Assembly: GCA_963705255.1 (NCBI GenBank)
Contig: OY970061.1
Span: 2,240,001-2,304,000, forward strand
Source: an uncultured Methanoregulaceae archaeon
Lineage (GTDB): Archaea > Halobacteriota > Methanomicrobia > Methanomicrobiales > Methanospirillaceae
Length of the DNA: 64,000 nt
Direction of reading: 5' to 3'
The notes under the pieces are model-generated. The model worked only from the letters and a program-made list of their open reading frames with translations. It was not told the origin of the DNA and did not search any database. Both the position numbers and the translations under genes were made by a program. Positions 10,058-20,307 of the stretch are shown piece after piece. The stretch's first letter is position 1. Each line of letters starts with the position of its first letter.

Positions 10058-10129
10058 TCGAAGAACGCTGCTGCATTCTTCTCCTGTCTCATCTCTGATG
10101 AGATTCGACATCCCCAAGAGCGTCGAACA
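10058..10129 (+). repeat. REP-like composite unit homologous to 4636-4709
   Basis: TCGAAGAACGC-TGCT-GCATTCTTCTC, a second hairpin, then TCGACATCCCCAAGAGCGTC identical to 4684-4703. Confidence 0.85.
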
Positions 10130-10217
10130 GTATCCGCATAATTTTTTTCAGATCAGCCGGGAACCCGGCTACCGGAAGTAAACAAGGCATAAGTGAAGAG
10201 ACCGCCAAGGTACTGGT

Positions 10218-10547
10218 ATGAAATACACGGCGCGGCATATCCAGCGTTTCCTCGAAGCGGGAAAGATCGACCCTGCGCTCTGGAAGAACCATTTTCCGTC
10301 GCTGCTCCCCACCCAGGTCCCCGCCTGCAGCGACTGCGAGGACTACAAGAACCGGACCTGCAGCGGCGAGCGCAACCCGGTCGACTGCTTCCTCTCCGCA
10401 CAACCTGGCCCGGAAGAGCCCGGGGACCAGGTTTCCCGGGGCGACGGGAAGCGGAAGAAGCAGAGGGACCCCATGCTGGGCCTCGGCGCCCGCAGGAAGA
10501 CCATGCCCGGCGGGGCGAACAAGACGCGTGACCAGTCAAAGATGTGA
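10218..10547 (+). CDS. Hypothetical protein with Cys cluster (CxxC-x7-C-x8-C)
   Basis: ATG ORF containing CSDCEDYKNRTCSGERNPVDC; C-terminal part uncertain. Confidence 0.5.
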   Translation: MKYTARHIQRFLEAGKIDPALWKNHFPSLLPTQVPACSDCEDYKNRTCSGERNPVDCFLSAQPGPEEPGDQVSRGDGKRKKQRDPMLGLGARRKTMPGGANKTRDQSKM

Positions 10548-10942
10548 ATTCCGGCCCGCTGGCAGGCACGCTTCCGGAGATCTTTTTCCGACTTTTTTCT
10601 CATCTGCCGGAACCCATAACGACCGTCTTCTATCCGGGGAGGTCCCCCCCCCTCCTGCATGGGCCGGAGGCGGTACCGCGGCGCAATGTTTCAAAATTGG
10701 TCTCAAAATATGAGGTTCGGGTAAGGCGCTATTACATTTCCCGGTCCAATAACGGCCCTGGTGAAACTTATTCGCATCTCAGGAGTGCACGGGCATCTGA
10801 ACCGGAACCGATCGGGACCTCTTTTATCCTGCTTCTTCTTGACGACGGGAGCGGGGATACCAGGTGCCTGGTTCCGGCAATCGGGTCATGGGTCCGGAGG
10901 AACATGGACAGCACGGGACGGCGGCGAGCCGGGGGAGGATGC

Positions 10943-12083
10943 ATGGAGACGCTGAAGATAGCCTTCTTCTGCTGGGAGTCCCTCCATGCCGAGCGGGTGG
11001 GGGGGCTCGCGAGCGCGGCCACCAACCTCGCCGAGAGCCTGGCAAAGTCCCACGAGGTCCATTACTTCACGCGGGGGTCCATCCCGGACCAGGCCGTGAA
11101 CGATGTGCAGTACCACTACTGCCAGCCCAAGGGGGGCAACCCGGTGGCGTACTGCCACGACATGAGCATGAAGATGGTCGGGCAGTTCCGGGAGTGCGAC
11201 AGCCCCGGGCGGTTCGATATCCTCCACTTCCATGACTGGCACGCGGTCCAGGCCCTCCACCACCTCCGGGAACGGGACACCATCCTCACCTTCCACTCCA
11301 CCGAGTTCGGGAGGAACGGCAACCAGGCGGGGGACTGGTGGGAGTACCGGGAGGTATCCGGCAAGGAATGGTACGGGGGCCTCGTCGCAAAGCGGGTGAC
11401 GACGGTCTCGGCAACCCTCAGGAACGAGGTGATGCAGCTCTACAACATCCCGGACTGGAAGTGCGACGTGGTCCCGAACGGCGTGATCCCGCGCCAGTAC
11501 CCGGGCCGCGGTCGACGCGGGAGAGGTGAAGCGTGCCTACGGGATCCACCCCTACGCCCCCCTCATCCTCTTCATCGGGAGACTCGTGTACCAGAAAGGC
11601 CCCGACCTCCTGATCGAGGCCCTCAGGAAGGTCTGCCGCGAGCGCTGGGATGCGAAGGTGATCGTGGCCGGGGACGGCGGGATGCGGCAGTACCTCCAGG
11701 AGCGGGCCCGTGATCTCCCCGTCAACTTCGTGGGCTACATCCCCGACTCGGAGTACCTCCGCCTCCTGAACGCGTGCAATGTTGTCGTCATCCCGAGCAG
11801 GAACGAGCCGTTCGGCCTCGTCCTCCTGGAGGCGTGGAGCGCGGAGAAGCCGGTGGTGGCCTCGAACGTGGGCGGCCTCTCGGAGAACATCGACTCCTTC
11901 GTGAACGGGATCAAGGCGGACCCGACGCCCGACTCCCTCGCCTGGGGGATCAGCAGCCTGATCAACGAGCCCTGGAATGCCGAGGTGCTCGGGAGGCGGG
12001 GGCGGGGCAAGGTGGACCGGGTCTTTCAGTGGGACCCGGTCGCGTCACGGATGGCGGACACCTACGCGAGGGCGCTCTCCTAG
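10943..12083 (+). CDS. GT4-family glycosyltransferase (glycogen synthase-like), apparent +1 frameshift near 11501
   Basis: VGGL, HFHDWH, TFHSTE in frame 1; GRLVYQKG and PSRNEPFGLVLLEAW in frame 2; removing one C at TACCCGGG joins them. Confidence 0.88.
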
Positions 12084-12365
12084 GGGGTGTTCCCCGGAAA
12101 TAGCCCGGAGGAGGGCCGGCCAGGGCACCGGAGCCGGGGTGCTGCGGCCGGGCCGGCGTTTTTTTTTCAGAATTTGTCTCAAAATCCGGAACGAGAGCGA
12201 GATCCTATTATTCCCCGCTCATAATTGCGTCCTGACTGCAGGGAATGCAGGCAGGGTACTCATGCGCCGCTGCCGCTTGTCCTGCCGTCCCGGAGACAGC
12301 GATCGTTCCATAGCCCATGGCATGAATTCACCGGGGGATCGCCGTATTCCAGTCAACAGGGTGAG

Positions 12366-12686
12366 ATGATGGACAAATTCGAAGAGATGATAAAGGCGAT
12401 GAAAGGGATGTCGCAGGCGGAGATGGCTGCGGCCGTTGAGAAGTTCAGCGGAATGTGCACCTGCCCGGGCTGCCCGACCTACACCTCCTGCGCGAAGAAG
12501 GCGAAGGAGCTCCTCTTCTGTGCGACCGGGAAGAGCTTCATGTGCATCACGTTCGAGAAAGAATGCATCTGCCCCTCCTGCCCGGTAACGCCGGAGTTCG
12601 GGCTGAAACATACCTTATTCTGTCTGAAGGGTTCGGAGAAAGCCCAGCGCTACGAGCACACGATCTGGGGAACGAAGATGGTCTGA
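12366..12686 (+). CDS. DUF2769-type Cys-rich protein, copy 1
   Basis: CTCPGCPTY...LFC..GKS..CI...CICPSCPV...FC..GSE pattern; GGTGA SD. Confidence 0.75.
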   Translation: MMDKFEEMIKAMKGMSQAEMAAAVEKFSGMCTCPGCPTYTSCAKKAKELLFCATGKSFMCITFEKECICPSCPVTPEFGLKHTLFCLKGSEKAQRYEHTIWGTKMV

Positions 12687-13012
12687 GGTTCTGCCGGTGG
12701 CGTGACGGAGCGGCTCTGCTAAAACGATGCAGGCCTCCGCGGTCCGCTATCAGGCTGGCCCGCGCCTGCCCCGGTCCCCTCAGGGAGAGAGCCCGGTCCT
12801 CTCCCCCCCGAGCGGAGGTCGCCTGGGCACCGGTCCTGTTGGAAAAAGGGGAGTCCGCACCTGGCCGCAGAGAGGGTTCGCACGTAACGGTCCGGATATG
12901 AGAAGGGGTATCGTGATCCGGCCGGGGGAGCGCGGGGATCCCGGGCGCCTTCCGCTCCGTATCCCGGCACCGGAGACGATCCGCGCCCTCCCCCGACCCG
13001 CGAGGTTCCCTG

Positions 13013-15484
13013 ATGACGGAGAGTGGAGAGAAGCTGGAGAATGGCGGGGTCCGGAAGGACAAAACCCCTGGCCCGGGTCCATCCCGGTCCGCTGAAGAGC
13101 TGGCCGGGATCCTCACGACCGGAGCCAGAGGCCTCAGCCAGGCGGAAGTACAGGCCCGGCTGGAGGAGTACGGGTACAACGATATCCCGGAAGAGAAGAA
13201 GCACCCGCTCCGCAGGTTCCTGGGATATTTCTGGGGGCCGATCCCGTGGATGATCGAGATCGCTGCACTTCTCTCTGCAGCGATCCAGCACTGGGAGGAT
13301 TTCGGGATCATCTTCCTGATGCTCATCATCAACGCGGTGGTCGGCTTCCTGCAGGAACGCAAGGCGGAGAACGCAATCGAACTCCTGAAACAGCGCCTCG
13401 CCCCGAACGCCCGCGTGCTCCGGGACGGGAAGTGGGAGGAGATCCCGGCCCGCGGGCTGGTCCCCGGGGATATCGTGCATATCCGGCTCGGCGACATCGT
13501 GCCGGCAGATCTCCGGCTCACGCATGGCAGGTACCTCCTGCTGGACGAGTCTGCCCTGACCGGGGAATCCCTGCCGGTCGAGAAGAAGTCCGGGGACGAC
13601 GCGTATTCCGGTTCCATCGTCCGCCAGGGCGAGATGGATGCGATCGCAACGGGTACGGGGACGGGGACTTTTTTTGGCAGGACCACCCGCCTGCTCCGGG
13701 AGAAACCGCCCCGGTCCCATTTCCAGCAGGCGGTTGTCAGGATCGGCAATTACCTGATCATCCTCTCCGTATCCCTCGTCAGCCTTGTCTTTATCGTCTC
13801 CATGATCCGTGCGGAATCCATTCCCGACACCCTCCTCTTCGCCCTCATCCTGATCGTCGCCGCTATCCCGACCGCCCTGCCGGCCGTCCTCACCGTCTCC
13901 CTCGCGGTCGGAGCGGTCGCCCTTGCGAAGCGGGAGGCGATCGTCAGCCGCCTCAGCGCCATCGAGGAGATGGCAGGGATGGACATTCTCTGCACCGACA
14001 AGACCGGGACGATCACGATGAACTCCATCCGCGTCGCGGAGGTGAAGACGTTTCCGGGGATATCGGAAGACGAGATGATAACGGCCGCCGGATCCGCGTC
14101 CGCAAAGGAGAGCAACGATCCCATCGACAGGGCGATACTCGCGTGGGCTTCGTCGACAGGGACAGAAGGGGTGCCAGCGGCCGGTTATACGGTTGAGGAT
14201 TTTGTCCCGTTCGACCCGGTCCCGAAGTACTCGAAGGCCACGGTCCGGGACGGGAGCGGCGGGACCTTCGATGTGGCAAAGGGAGCGCCCCAGGCGATCG
14301 CCGCTCTCTGCACGCTGGGCGAGGACCAGGCTGCCCGCCTGGACGCGTGGGTCCTCGGACTCGCGGAGAAGGGGTACCGGGCACTCGGGGTCGGGCGCAC
14401 CGGCGCCGGGGGGAAGTGGCAGTACCTCGGCATCATCGGGCTCTTCGATCCGCCCCGCGACGACTCGGCGGCTACCATCAATGAGGCAAAACTCCTCGGT
14501 GTCAACGTCAAGATGGTGACCGGGGACCATATCGCGATCGCGCGGGAGACCGCCGGAAAGGTGGGTCTCGGGACGAATATCCTCCCCCGGTCGGCATTCA
14601 TCGGAGGCGAGGGGAAGGATGCGCTGAAGCAGCTCGAATCTGCTGACGGTTTCGCCCAGGTCCTCCCGGAGAACAAGTACCAGATTGTGAAGATCCTGCA
14701 GGAAGGGGATCACATCGTCGGGATGACGGGCGACGGTGTCAACGACGCGCCCGCCCTCCGGGCAGCGGACTCCGGTATCGCGGTCGCCGGGGCGACCGAT
14801 GCAGCAAAATCCGCTGCGGATATCGTGCTGACAAAGCCGGGCCTCTCGGTCATCATCGATGCGATCCACGAGAGCAGGACGATCTTCAGGAGAATGGAGA
14901 GCTACGCGGTGTACCGGATCGCCGAGACGGTCAGGGTCCTGATCTTCCTTGCACTCTGTATCATCCTCCTGGACTTCTATCCCGTGACCGCCGTGATGAT
15001 CGTGGTCCTCGCCATCATCAACGATATCCCGATCATGCTGATCGCGTACGACAACGCGGTGGCCGCGGCACGGCCGGTCCGCTGGCAGATGAACCGGATC
15101 CTGACCCTCGCGAGCATCCTCGGGATCCTCGGGGTTGCAGAGAGTTTCCTGCTCCTCTGGCTGGCCAGGGACTATTTCCACCTGAGCCCGGGGATTGTCC
15201 AGTCGCTCATCTTCGTCAAGCTCGCGGTCGCGGGGCACATGACGATCTATCTCGCCCGGACCGGGAAGCAGCACTTCTGGGAACCTCCCCTCCCCACGCT
15301 CTCGCTCTTTGGTGCCACCGAGCTGACCGCGATCCTTGGCACCTGCCTTGCAATCTTTGGCCTCTTCATGCAGCCTCTCGGCCTTACCCTCGCCCTGGTG
15401 GTCTGGGGGTACGCGCTCTTCTTCTTCGTGGTGAACGATCTCGTGAAGGTCTGGCTCTTCACCCGGATCCACCCGTACTCATGA
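13013..15484 (+). CDS. P-type IIIA plasma-membrane proton-efflux ATPase
   Basis: WGPIPWMIE, TGESLP, DKTGTIT, FDPV, KGAPQ, DPPR, TGDGVNDAPAL, YRIAET, INDI motifs. Confidence 0.93.
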   Translation: MTESGEKLENGGVRKDKTPGPGPSRSAEELAGILTTGARGLSQAEVQARLEEYGYNDIPEEKKHPLRRFLGYFWGPIPWMIEIAALLSAAIQHWEDFGIIFLMLIINAVVGFLQERKAENAIELLKQRLAPNARVLRDGKWEEIPARGLVPGDIVHIRLGDIVPADLRLTHGRYLLLDESALTGESLPVEKKSGDDAYSGSIVRQGEMDAIATGTGTGTFFGRTTRLLREKPPRSHFQQAVVRIGNYLIILSVSLVSLVFIVSMIRAESIPDTLLFALILIVAAIPTALPAVLTVSLAVGAVALAKREAIVSRLSAIEEMAGMDILCTDKTGTITMNSIRVAEVKTFPGISEDEMITAAGSASAKESNDPIDRAILAWASSTGTEGVPAAGYTVEDFVPFDPVPKYSKATVRDGSGGTFDVAKGAPQAIAALCTLGEDQAARLDAWVLGLAEKGYRALGVGRTGAGGKWQYLGIIGLFDPPRDDSAATINEAKLLGVNVKMVTGDHIAIARETAGKVGLGTNILPRSAFIGGEGKDALKQLESADGFAQVLPENKYQIVKILQEGDHIVGMTGDGVNDAPALRAADSGIAVAGATDAAKSAADIVLTKPGLSVIIDAIHESRTIFRRMESYAVYRIAETVRVLIFLALCIILLDFYPVTAVMIVVLAIINDIPIMLIAYDNAVAAARPVRWQMNRILTLASILGILGVAESFLLLWLARDYFHLSPGIVQSLIFVKLAVAGHMTIYLARTGKQHFWEPPLPTLSLFGATELTAILGTCLAIFGLFMQPLGLTLALVVWGYALFFFVVNDLVKVWLFTRIHPYS

Positions 15485-15537
15485 GCCCGCACGCGCCCCG
15501 GCCGAACCCCCCGCGCCGGCACCGGGCGGCCTCACGG

Positions 15538-15921
15538 TCAGCCCCCCGTCTCGAGGAACTCCTTCAGCGCCACGGCATTGTTGTGCTCCTCATCGCGGGC
15601 CGCATACAGGAACGTCACGGTCCCTTCCCGGGCGAGGAGGTCCCGGAGTTCCCCGATCACGCCGGGCCGGCCCCGGATCTCGCCGGAATATCTCTTCCGG
15701 AACTCCTCCCATCTCGCGGGGTCGTGCCCGAACCAGGTCCGGAGCGCGGGGCTTGCCCCGGCATCCTTCAGCCAGAGATCGACATGTGCCCGCTCCTTCG
15801 TGACCCCCCGTGGCCAGAGGCGCTCCACGAGGACCCGGTAGCCGTCACCGTCCTCCGGGGGGTCGTACACCCTCTTCAGCCGGATCGGCAGGGAACCGCT
15901 CCTGAGTTCATCCGGTACCAT
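15538..15921 (-). CDS. DUF488/YeaO family protein
   Basis: LKRVY...DGYRVLVERLWPRGV.KE...W.K...S..LR.WFGH...HNNAVAL. Confidence 0.9.
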   Translation of the reverse strand: MVPDELRSGSLPIRLKRVYDPPEDGDGYRVLVERLWPRGVTKERAHVDLWLKDAGASPALRTWFGHDPARWEEFRKRYSGEIRGRPGVIGELRDLLAREGTVTFLYAARDEEHNNAVALKEFLETGG

Positions 15922-16288
15922 GGCGCCTCACCGCCCCCCCGAGCGCCCCGCCGGTGAAAGCGAGGATCGGGAAGTAGACAATCATCGCCCATACGAGGAA
16001 GAGGACCCCCGCGACCTGGAGGACGCTGGGTATTGCCGCCCGGAGGTAGCCGGTATTCGCCATGAAATCGATCGAGACGGCGGCCAGTCCCAGGACACCT
16101 GCAGCGAAACCCGCTTTCGCCCCGTTCAGGAGGTCCTTCCCCGCGAGATACCCGGCAACGATCCCCCCGAAGAACGGGCCGACGACCGGGACGAGGTCCA
16201 TGACATTGACGGTCAGGATGGCGAAGAGGAGCATCACCACGAACCCGACGAGGACCGCTGTCCAGAAGCGGATCTTCTCCTTCTCCAT
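15908..16288 (-). CDS. Small 4-TM membrane protein (DUF5518-like)
   Basis: Hydrophobic Gly-rich helices, GP..GG.VAGY motif. Confidence 0.7.
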   Translation of the reverse strand: MEKEKIRFWTAVLVGFVVMLLFAILTVNVMDLVPVVGPFFGGIVAGYLAGKDLLNGAKAGFAAGVLGLAAVSIDFMANTGYLRAAIPSVLQVAGVLFLVWAMIVYFPILAFTGGALGGAVRRHGTG

Positions 16289-16563
16289 GCGGGAGAGATG
16301 CGCCGGTAAAGATAAATAATTTGGTTTCGTATCATGCGCCCGGGCACGCGGACCGGACGGTATATACGTTCTCCCGGAAATCCTCCCCGGGGACTCCGCC
16401 AGTTTCGCTGGAAGCCCGGGCGGGAATCACCCGTACTTCCTGTTGAACAATCTTTTTATGTGCATATTCTGAATTACGGACTATCGATCGTCTCCCGCAT
16501 CCCGCCATGCCAGCCGGTCAGGAATGCGGTGCGGCGGGAGAGACGATTGCACAGGAGGGCCTC

Positions 16564-17055
16564 ATGACCACGACCATTGGAGAGTACATCAAGAGGGACC
16601 ATGACGATTTCCGGCTGATGTTTGAACGGCTGATGGACAGCACCCCGGACGAGGGGGCGCTGCGGGAGGAAGTGTACCCGTTCCTGAAAAAGCGGATCCA
16701 TGCCCATCATGTAGCGGAAGAGGCGACGATATTTCCGGCCATGGAGAAGAGAGCGGATCTCATGGCAGCCACGCTCGTTCTCATCGAGGAGCACCGTGGG
16801 ATGGACATGCTGGCGAACGACCTTGCGGGAATGCCCACTACCGACCGGTTGTGGCGCCCGCGGGTCTTCCCCTTCTATGACGTAATAAGCTCCCACTGGC
16901 TCAGGGAGGAGACGGATCTCTTCGTCCACGCGCCGTATTATTTCCCGCGGAATGACCTTGTCGATACCGGCACGAAGTTTGAGAAGATACTCCTCCGGGA
17001 ATGGAAGATCAAGGGAGTGTACAACGGCGTGCCAAAGGTGATGTACCGGAGGTGA
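16564..17055 (+). CDS. Hemerythrin HHE cation-binding domain protein
   Basis: DH...HHVAEE.TIFP...EEH...HWLREE motifs; GGAGG SD. Confidence 0.85.
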   Translation: MTTTIGEYIKRDHDDFRLMFERLMDSTPDEGALREEVYPFLKKRIHAHHVAEEATIFPAMEKRADLMAATLVLIEEHRGMDMLANDLAGMPTTDRLWRPRVFPFYDVISSHWLREETDLFVHAPYYFPRNDLVDTGTKFEKILLREWKIKGVYNGVPKVMYRR

Positions 17056-17063
17056 CGCGCACT

Positions 17064-17381
17064 GTGGACCGGTTCGACGAGCTCGTCGGGACGATACAGG
17101 AGAAGGAGACTTCCGGGCTCTGGAAGAGGTGCATCTGTGCCCAGTGCCCGAGCTTCAACGCCTGCGCCGCTGAGGCAAAAGAGTTGCTTTACTGCCTGTA
17201 CGGGCGAAGTTTCCGATGCATTACCGAGGACTTCGGCTGTATCTGCCCTGCGTGTCCGGTCGTGGACGAGATCGGTCTTGTGAACCTCACGTTCTGCCTG
17301 CTCGGATCCGAAGGTGCACAGCGGTACACGAAGACCCTCGCGGAAAGAAAAATCCCCGACCGCTCTGACCTGGTGGGATGA
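17064..17381 (+). CDS. DUF2769-type Cys-rich protein, copy 2
   Basis: GTG start after GGAGGTGA; CICAQCPSF...LYC...CICPACPV...FC..GSE, paralog of 12366-12686. Confidence 0.75.
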   Translation: MDRFDELVGTIQEKETSGLWKRCICAQCPSFNACAAEAKELLYCLYGRSFRCITEDFGCICPACPVVDEIGLVNLTFCLLGSEGAQRYTKTLAERKIPDRSDLVG

Positions 17382-17457
17382 GCAGACTAAAACGGAAACG
17401 GGGATCCCATAACCCTGCTCCTGAAACGGTGGAGAGACAGGTAAACCGGAGGAAAAA

Positions 17458-17643
17458 ATGGTAACTGAAATGACAGATCAGATGGATTTGTACGTCTGCC
17501 TGGTGTGCGGATATATCTACGACCCGAAGGTCGGAGATCCAAAAGCCGGGATCCCACCCGGCGTGGAGTTCAATGCATTGCCGGCTGACTGGGTCTGCCC
17601 GGAGTGCGGGGCCGGGAAAGACCAGTTTGTCGTAGTACCGTAA
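17458..17643 (+). CDS. Rubredoxin
   Basis: [14 protein letters not shown]...[15 protein letters not shown]; true start may be 17470 or 17482. Confidence 0.95.
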   Translation: MVTEMTDQMDLYVCLVCGYIYDPKVGDPKAGIPPGVEFNALPADWVCPECGAGKDQFVVVP

Positions 17644-17715
17644 CGAAGCGGTGAAGACGGATATCCGACAAAAGCGACCGGGCCGCAGCCCGACGCAAAA
17701 AATGAGGTACACGCC

Positions 17716-18138
17716 ATGCCCCGGGATACTGAAGGAACGATCAGGAGACTGGCCTCACAGCTGTTCGCATTTCCTGTTGAAGATTACCTGGCATCTGAAC
17801 AATTTTCAGCCTTCTGCAGGGATCACGATCTGGTGGATGCATGGAAGGAACATCTGGAATCCTCCCATGACAACCGGCCGGATTTATACGGCCGCGATGT
17901 GATAAAAAACGCTTTTGTCCTGTTCCTGCATCATATTTTTCACACCCGTCCGGGAGATTTTCTTCCCCTGTTCACCCGGTTTTTGATCGACCTTTCACCG
18001 GGGATCTGCCAGGCACTGCCCCTCAACGACCTGAAAAAGGATTTAACCCTTCTGGGTTATCCTGAGAGCGTCATCGATACCGGATTTTCGATCCTGAAAG
18101 AGGACGGGGCAGATCACCGGAACCCGCAGGAGCGGTGA
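17716..18138 (+). CDS. Hypothetical protein
   Basis: 140-aa ATG ORF after GAGGT, plausible composition; no recognised motif. Confidence 0.55.
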   Translation: MPRDTEGTIRRLASQLFAFPVEDYLASEQFSAFCRDHDLVDAWKEHLESSHDNRPDLYGRDVIKNAFVLFLHHIFHTRPGDFLPLFTRFLIDLSPGICQALPLNDLKKDLTLLGYPESVIDTGFSILKEDGADHRNPQER

Positions 18139-18274
18139 ACGGGGACGGGAGAGCACTGAGAGGAGCAGGTGCCGCTCCTGCATGCCCCATGCCCGTCCTC
18201 TCCCCGGGGCTCTCCGCCGGGCCGCTCCTGCCGGCACCGGAAAAAAGGTACGGTCCCCGGAATTTCCGGTGACC

Positions 18275-18498
18275 TTATGCGGAGTCCGCGACTTCGATCC
18301 TGATGATCTCGGCATGGACTGCAGCAATGGTCTTGTGCAGTTCCGCGTTTTGGGCATCCCGCACCACTTCGATGGCCTCCCGGATCCGGGCAATCGCCTC
18401 ACCCTGAGTGCTGCCATGGCCGGAGGCCCCGGGATCTCAACGCAGCGGGCGGTAAAACCGCCTTTCCCGTGAGACTCGGTTATGATAGTGTAGTGCAT
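18275..18498 (-). CDS. HicB-family (UPF0150) antitoxin-like small protein, apparent frameshift near 18428
   Basis: MHYTII...GGFTARCVEIPG joins ASGHGSTQGEAIARIREAIE in the next frame if one G is added to a G run. Confidence 0.7.
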
Positions 18499-18621
18499 GA
18501 TCATAGTACCGGGGATGGGCCGATTCACATAGTTTCTGGTCGGAAGGGGAAGATAAAGGGAGGGGGATTCATCAAAAGAATCCCGTCATCATTGCCGGAT
18601 TCACGGGCATGCCCTCCTCCG

Positions 18622-19140
18622 TCATCTCCGGTTTCCTGCACCAGCCAGCGTGAATTTCCACGAACAGTAGGGGATGCCGGGCAGGGATTCCGGCGGGCAG
18701 GAGAGGCACTCGGTCGTGATCCGGGGATCGATCTCGCGGGCGAAGAGCGGGAAATCCACAAGCCCGACCGCTTTGCACGGGAACAGCGGCATCTTTTTGC
18801 GCTCGCGGGCTGCCTGCACCCGGCAGCTCTTCATCGTCAGGACGAGGGTCGCGGGGTCCGGCCGGACAATCTCCTGCTCGTTGACCAGCCCGAAGAGCCG
18901 GTTTTTGAGCGCCGTCTCCAGCGCGTCCAGTCCTCCCCGGTGAGGGAGGTCCAGCCGTTCCCGGATCCGCCGGGCCTCGATGACCGAGAACTGCTCCCAG
19001 ACCTTCCGGTCCAGTCCGAGGGCGGCATCCATCCCGTATTCCTGTTCTACCGCCTGGAACCAGAGCCCGTCGATGGCCAGCCAGTTCCTGGCTGCATCGG
19101 TGAGGGCTTTTCCGGCCTGGTCATCCCTTCGTTTGTCCAT
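18622..19140 (-). CDS. DUF6125-family protein
   Basis: NWLAIDGLWFQAVE..YGMD.A...CRVQ.AR..K....FPC...C.WKF pattern. Confidence 0.7.
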   Translation of the reverse strand: MDKRRDDQAGKALTDAARNWLAIDGLWFQAVEQEYGMDAALGLDRKVWEQFSVIEARRIRERLDLPHRGGLDALETALKNRLFGLVNEQEIVRPDPATLVLTMKSCRVQAARERKKMPLFPCKAVGLVDFPLFAREIDPRITTECLSCPPESLPGIPYCSWKFTLAGAGNRR

Positions 19141-19195
19141 GCTGTTAAAACCCCGTCGGAGTATGAACCGCAAAACCCGGACGCAGGGTGCCCGC

Positions 19196-20111
19196 TCACT
19201 TCCCGGCGTCCAGATGTTCCTGGATCTTCTGCGCTGCCGCCTCCCCGGCGCTGTCGAGCGGGACGAGCCGGATCTCATCGGCCGATGCCACGCCGACACC
19301 CAGTTCTGCTGCCCGGGCGATCTGCTCGAGGCCGAAGATCGGCCCGTCCGCCAGGTCCGGGACCGTGCCGTGCATCCGGAGGAGGGCGACTCCAACGGCA
19401 TCGAGAGCGACCCGGTCGCTTCCCGCGAGGATGAGCCCCGGCCTGACCAGTTTCCCCGTGTCCGGGCCGCCGCTCGCGAACCCTTCCGTGGCATCCATCA
19501 TCACGAGATCGGTGCGATAGAAGCGGTTAATCTCGGCGATCATCGAGCGCTGGTGCGGGGAGCCGTGCAGTTCTCCCATGAAATCGTAGTTCACGCCCGG
19601 TACCCGGCGGGCAATGCAGCCCACGGAATTCTTGAGGGACAGGGTGAAATGCCCCCCGTACCGGTGGGTCTTCAGGCAGCAGGTCTGCACGACCCGGTCG
19701 GCCCTGGCAAAGACCGAGGCGAGGAAGAAGCCGCGGCTCCAGTGGAGCCCGGGCGCCTGGACCTCCTGCCAGCCTTGGCGGCCGAGGTCGTCCAGGACCT
19801 CAAGGGAGAAGCCTTTCTCGTGCGCAAGCGCGGTGACGCCCATTCTGGTGAGCACGTCGCCCGTCCTGCCCATGCCGCTCCGCTCGGCAAGGGTGAGCCG
19901 GCCCGGCCGTTCGGCAAGGATGGCGCTGCAGATGGCATCGAGGGTATTGATGTCCGTGGAAGCCGGGAACGGGTCGGCGCTGTTGAAATTTGCCTTGAGG
20001 GCGACGGCTGCCCCGGAGAGTACCCGAGAGATCGAATTCGCCAAGCACCCGCCGTATGCCTTCCTTACGGTCCGAGGCGCCTGCAATGAATACATCCGTC
20101 TTTCCCGTCAT
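19196..20111 (-). CDS. DUF362-domain protein, apparent frameshift near 20020
   Basis: VALKANFN, LKTH...FTLSLKNSVG, SDRVALD motifs; the N-terminus MTGKTDVFIA lies in an adjacent frame. Confidence 0.8.
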
Positions 20112-20307
20112 GGTGTCCCACGCTGATCCTGTAGGTGCGGGACGATATGAACCTGCGCACTGCGGAGCGTCCGGGCTTTCCGGGTCGGGAAGATGCTGCA
20201 GGCATCTTCGCGGTGCTCAGGCAGCAGGAACGGTACCGGGTTGCCCGTTCCCGTACCGGGATCCCGGACCCGGCCATCGCGCCGAAAAAAGCCGGGCCCG
20301 CGAATGA

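Noticed and set aside
12719-15472. Long antisense ORFs (917 aa here; also 40849-42315, 50578-51798, 8672-10117)
   Set aside because: These are shadow frames of real GC-rich genes on the opposite strand, with no motifs of their own.
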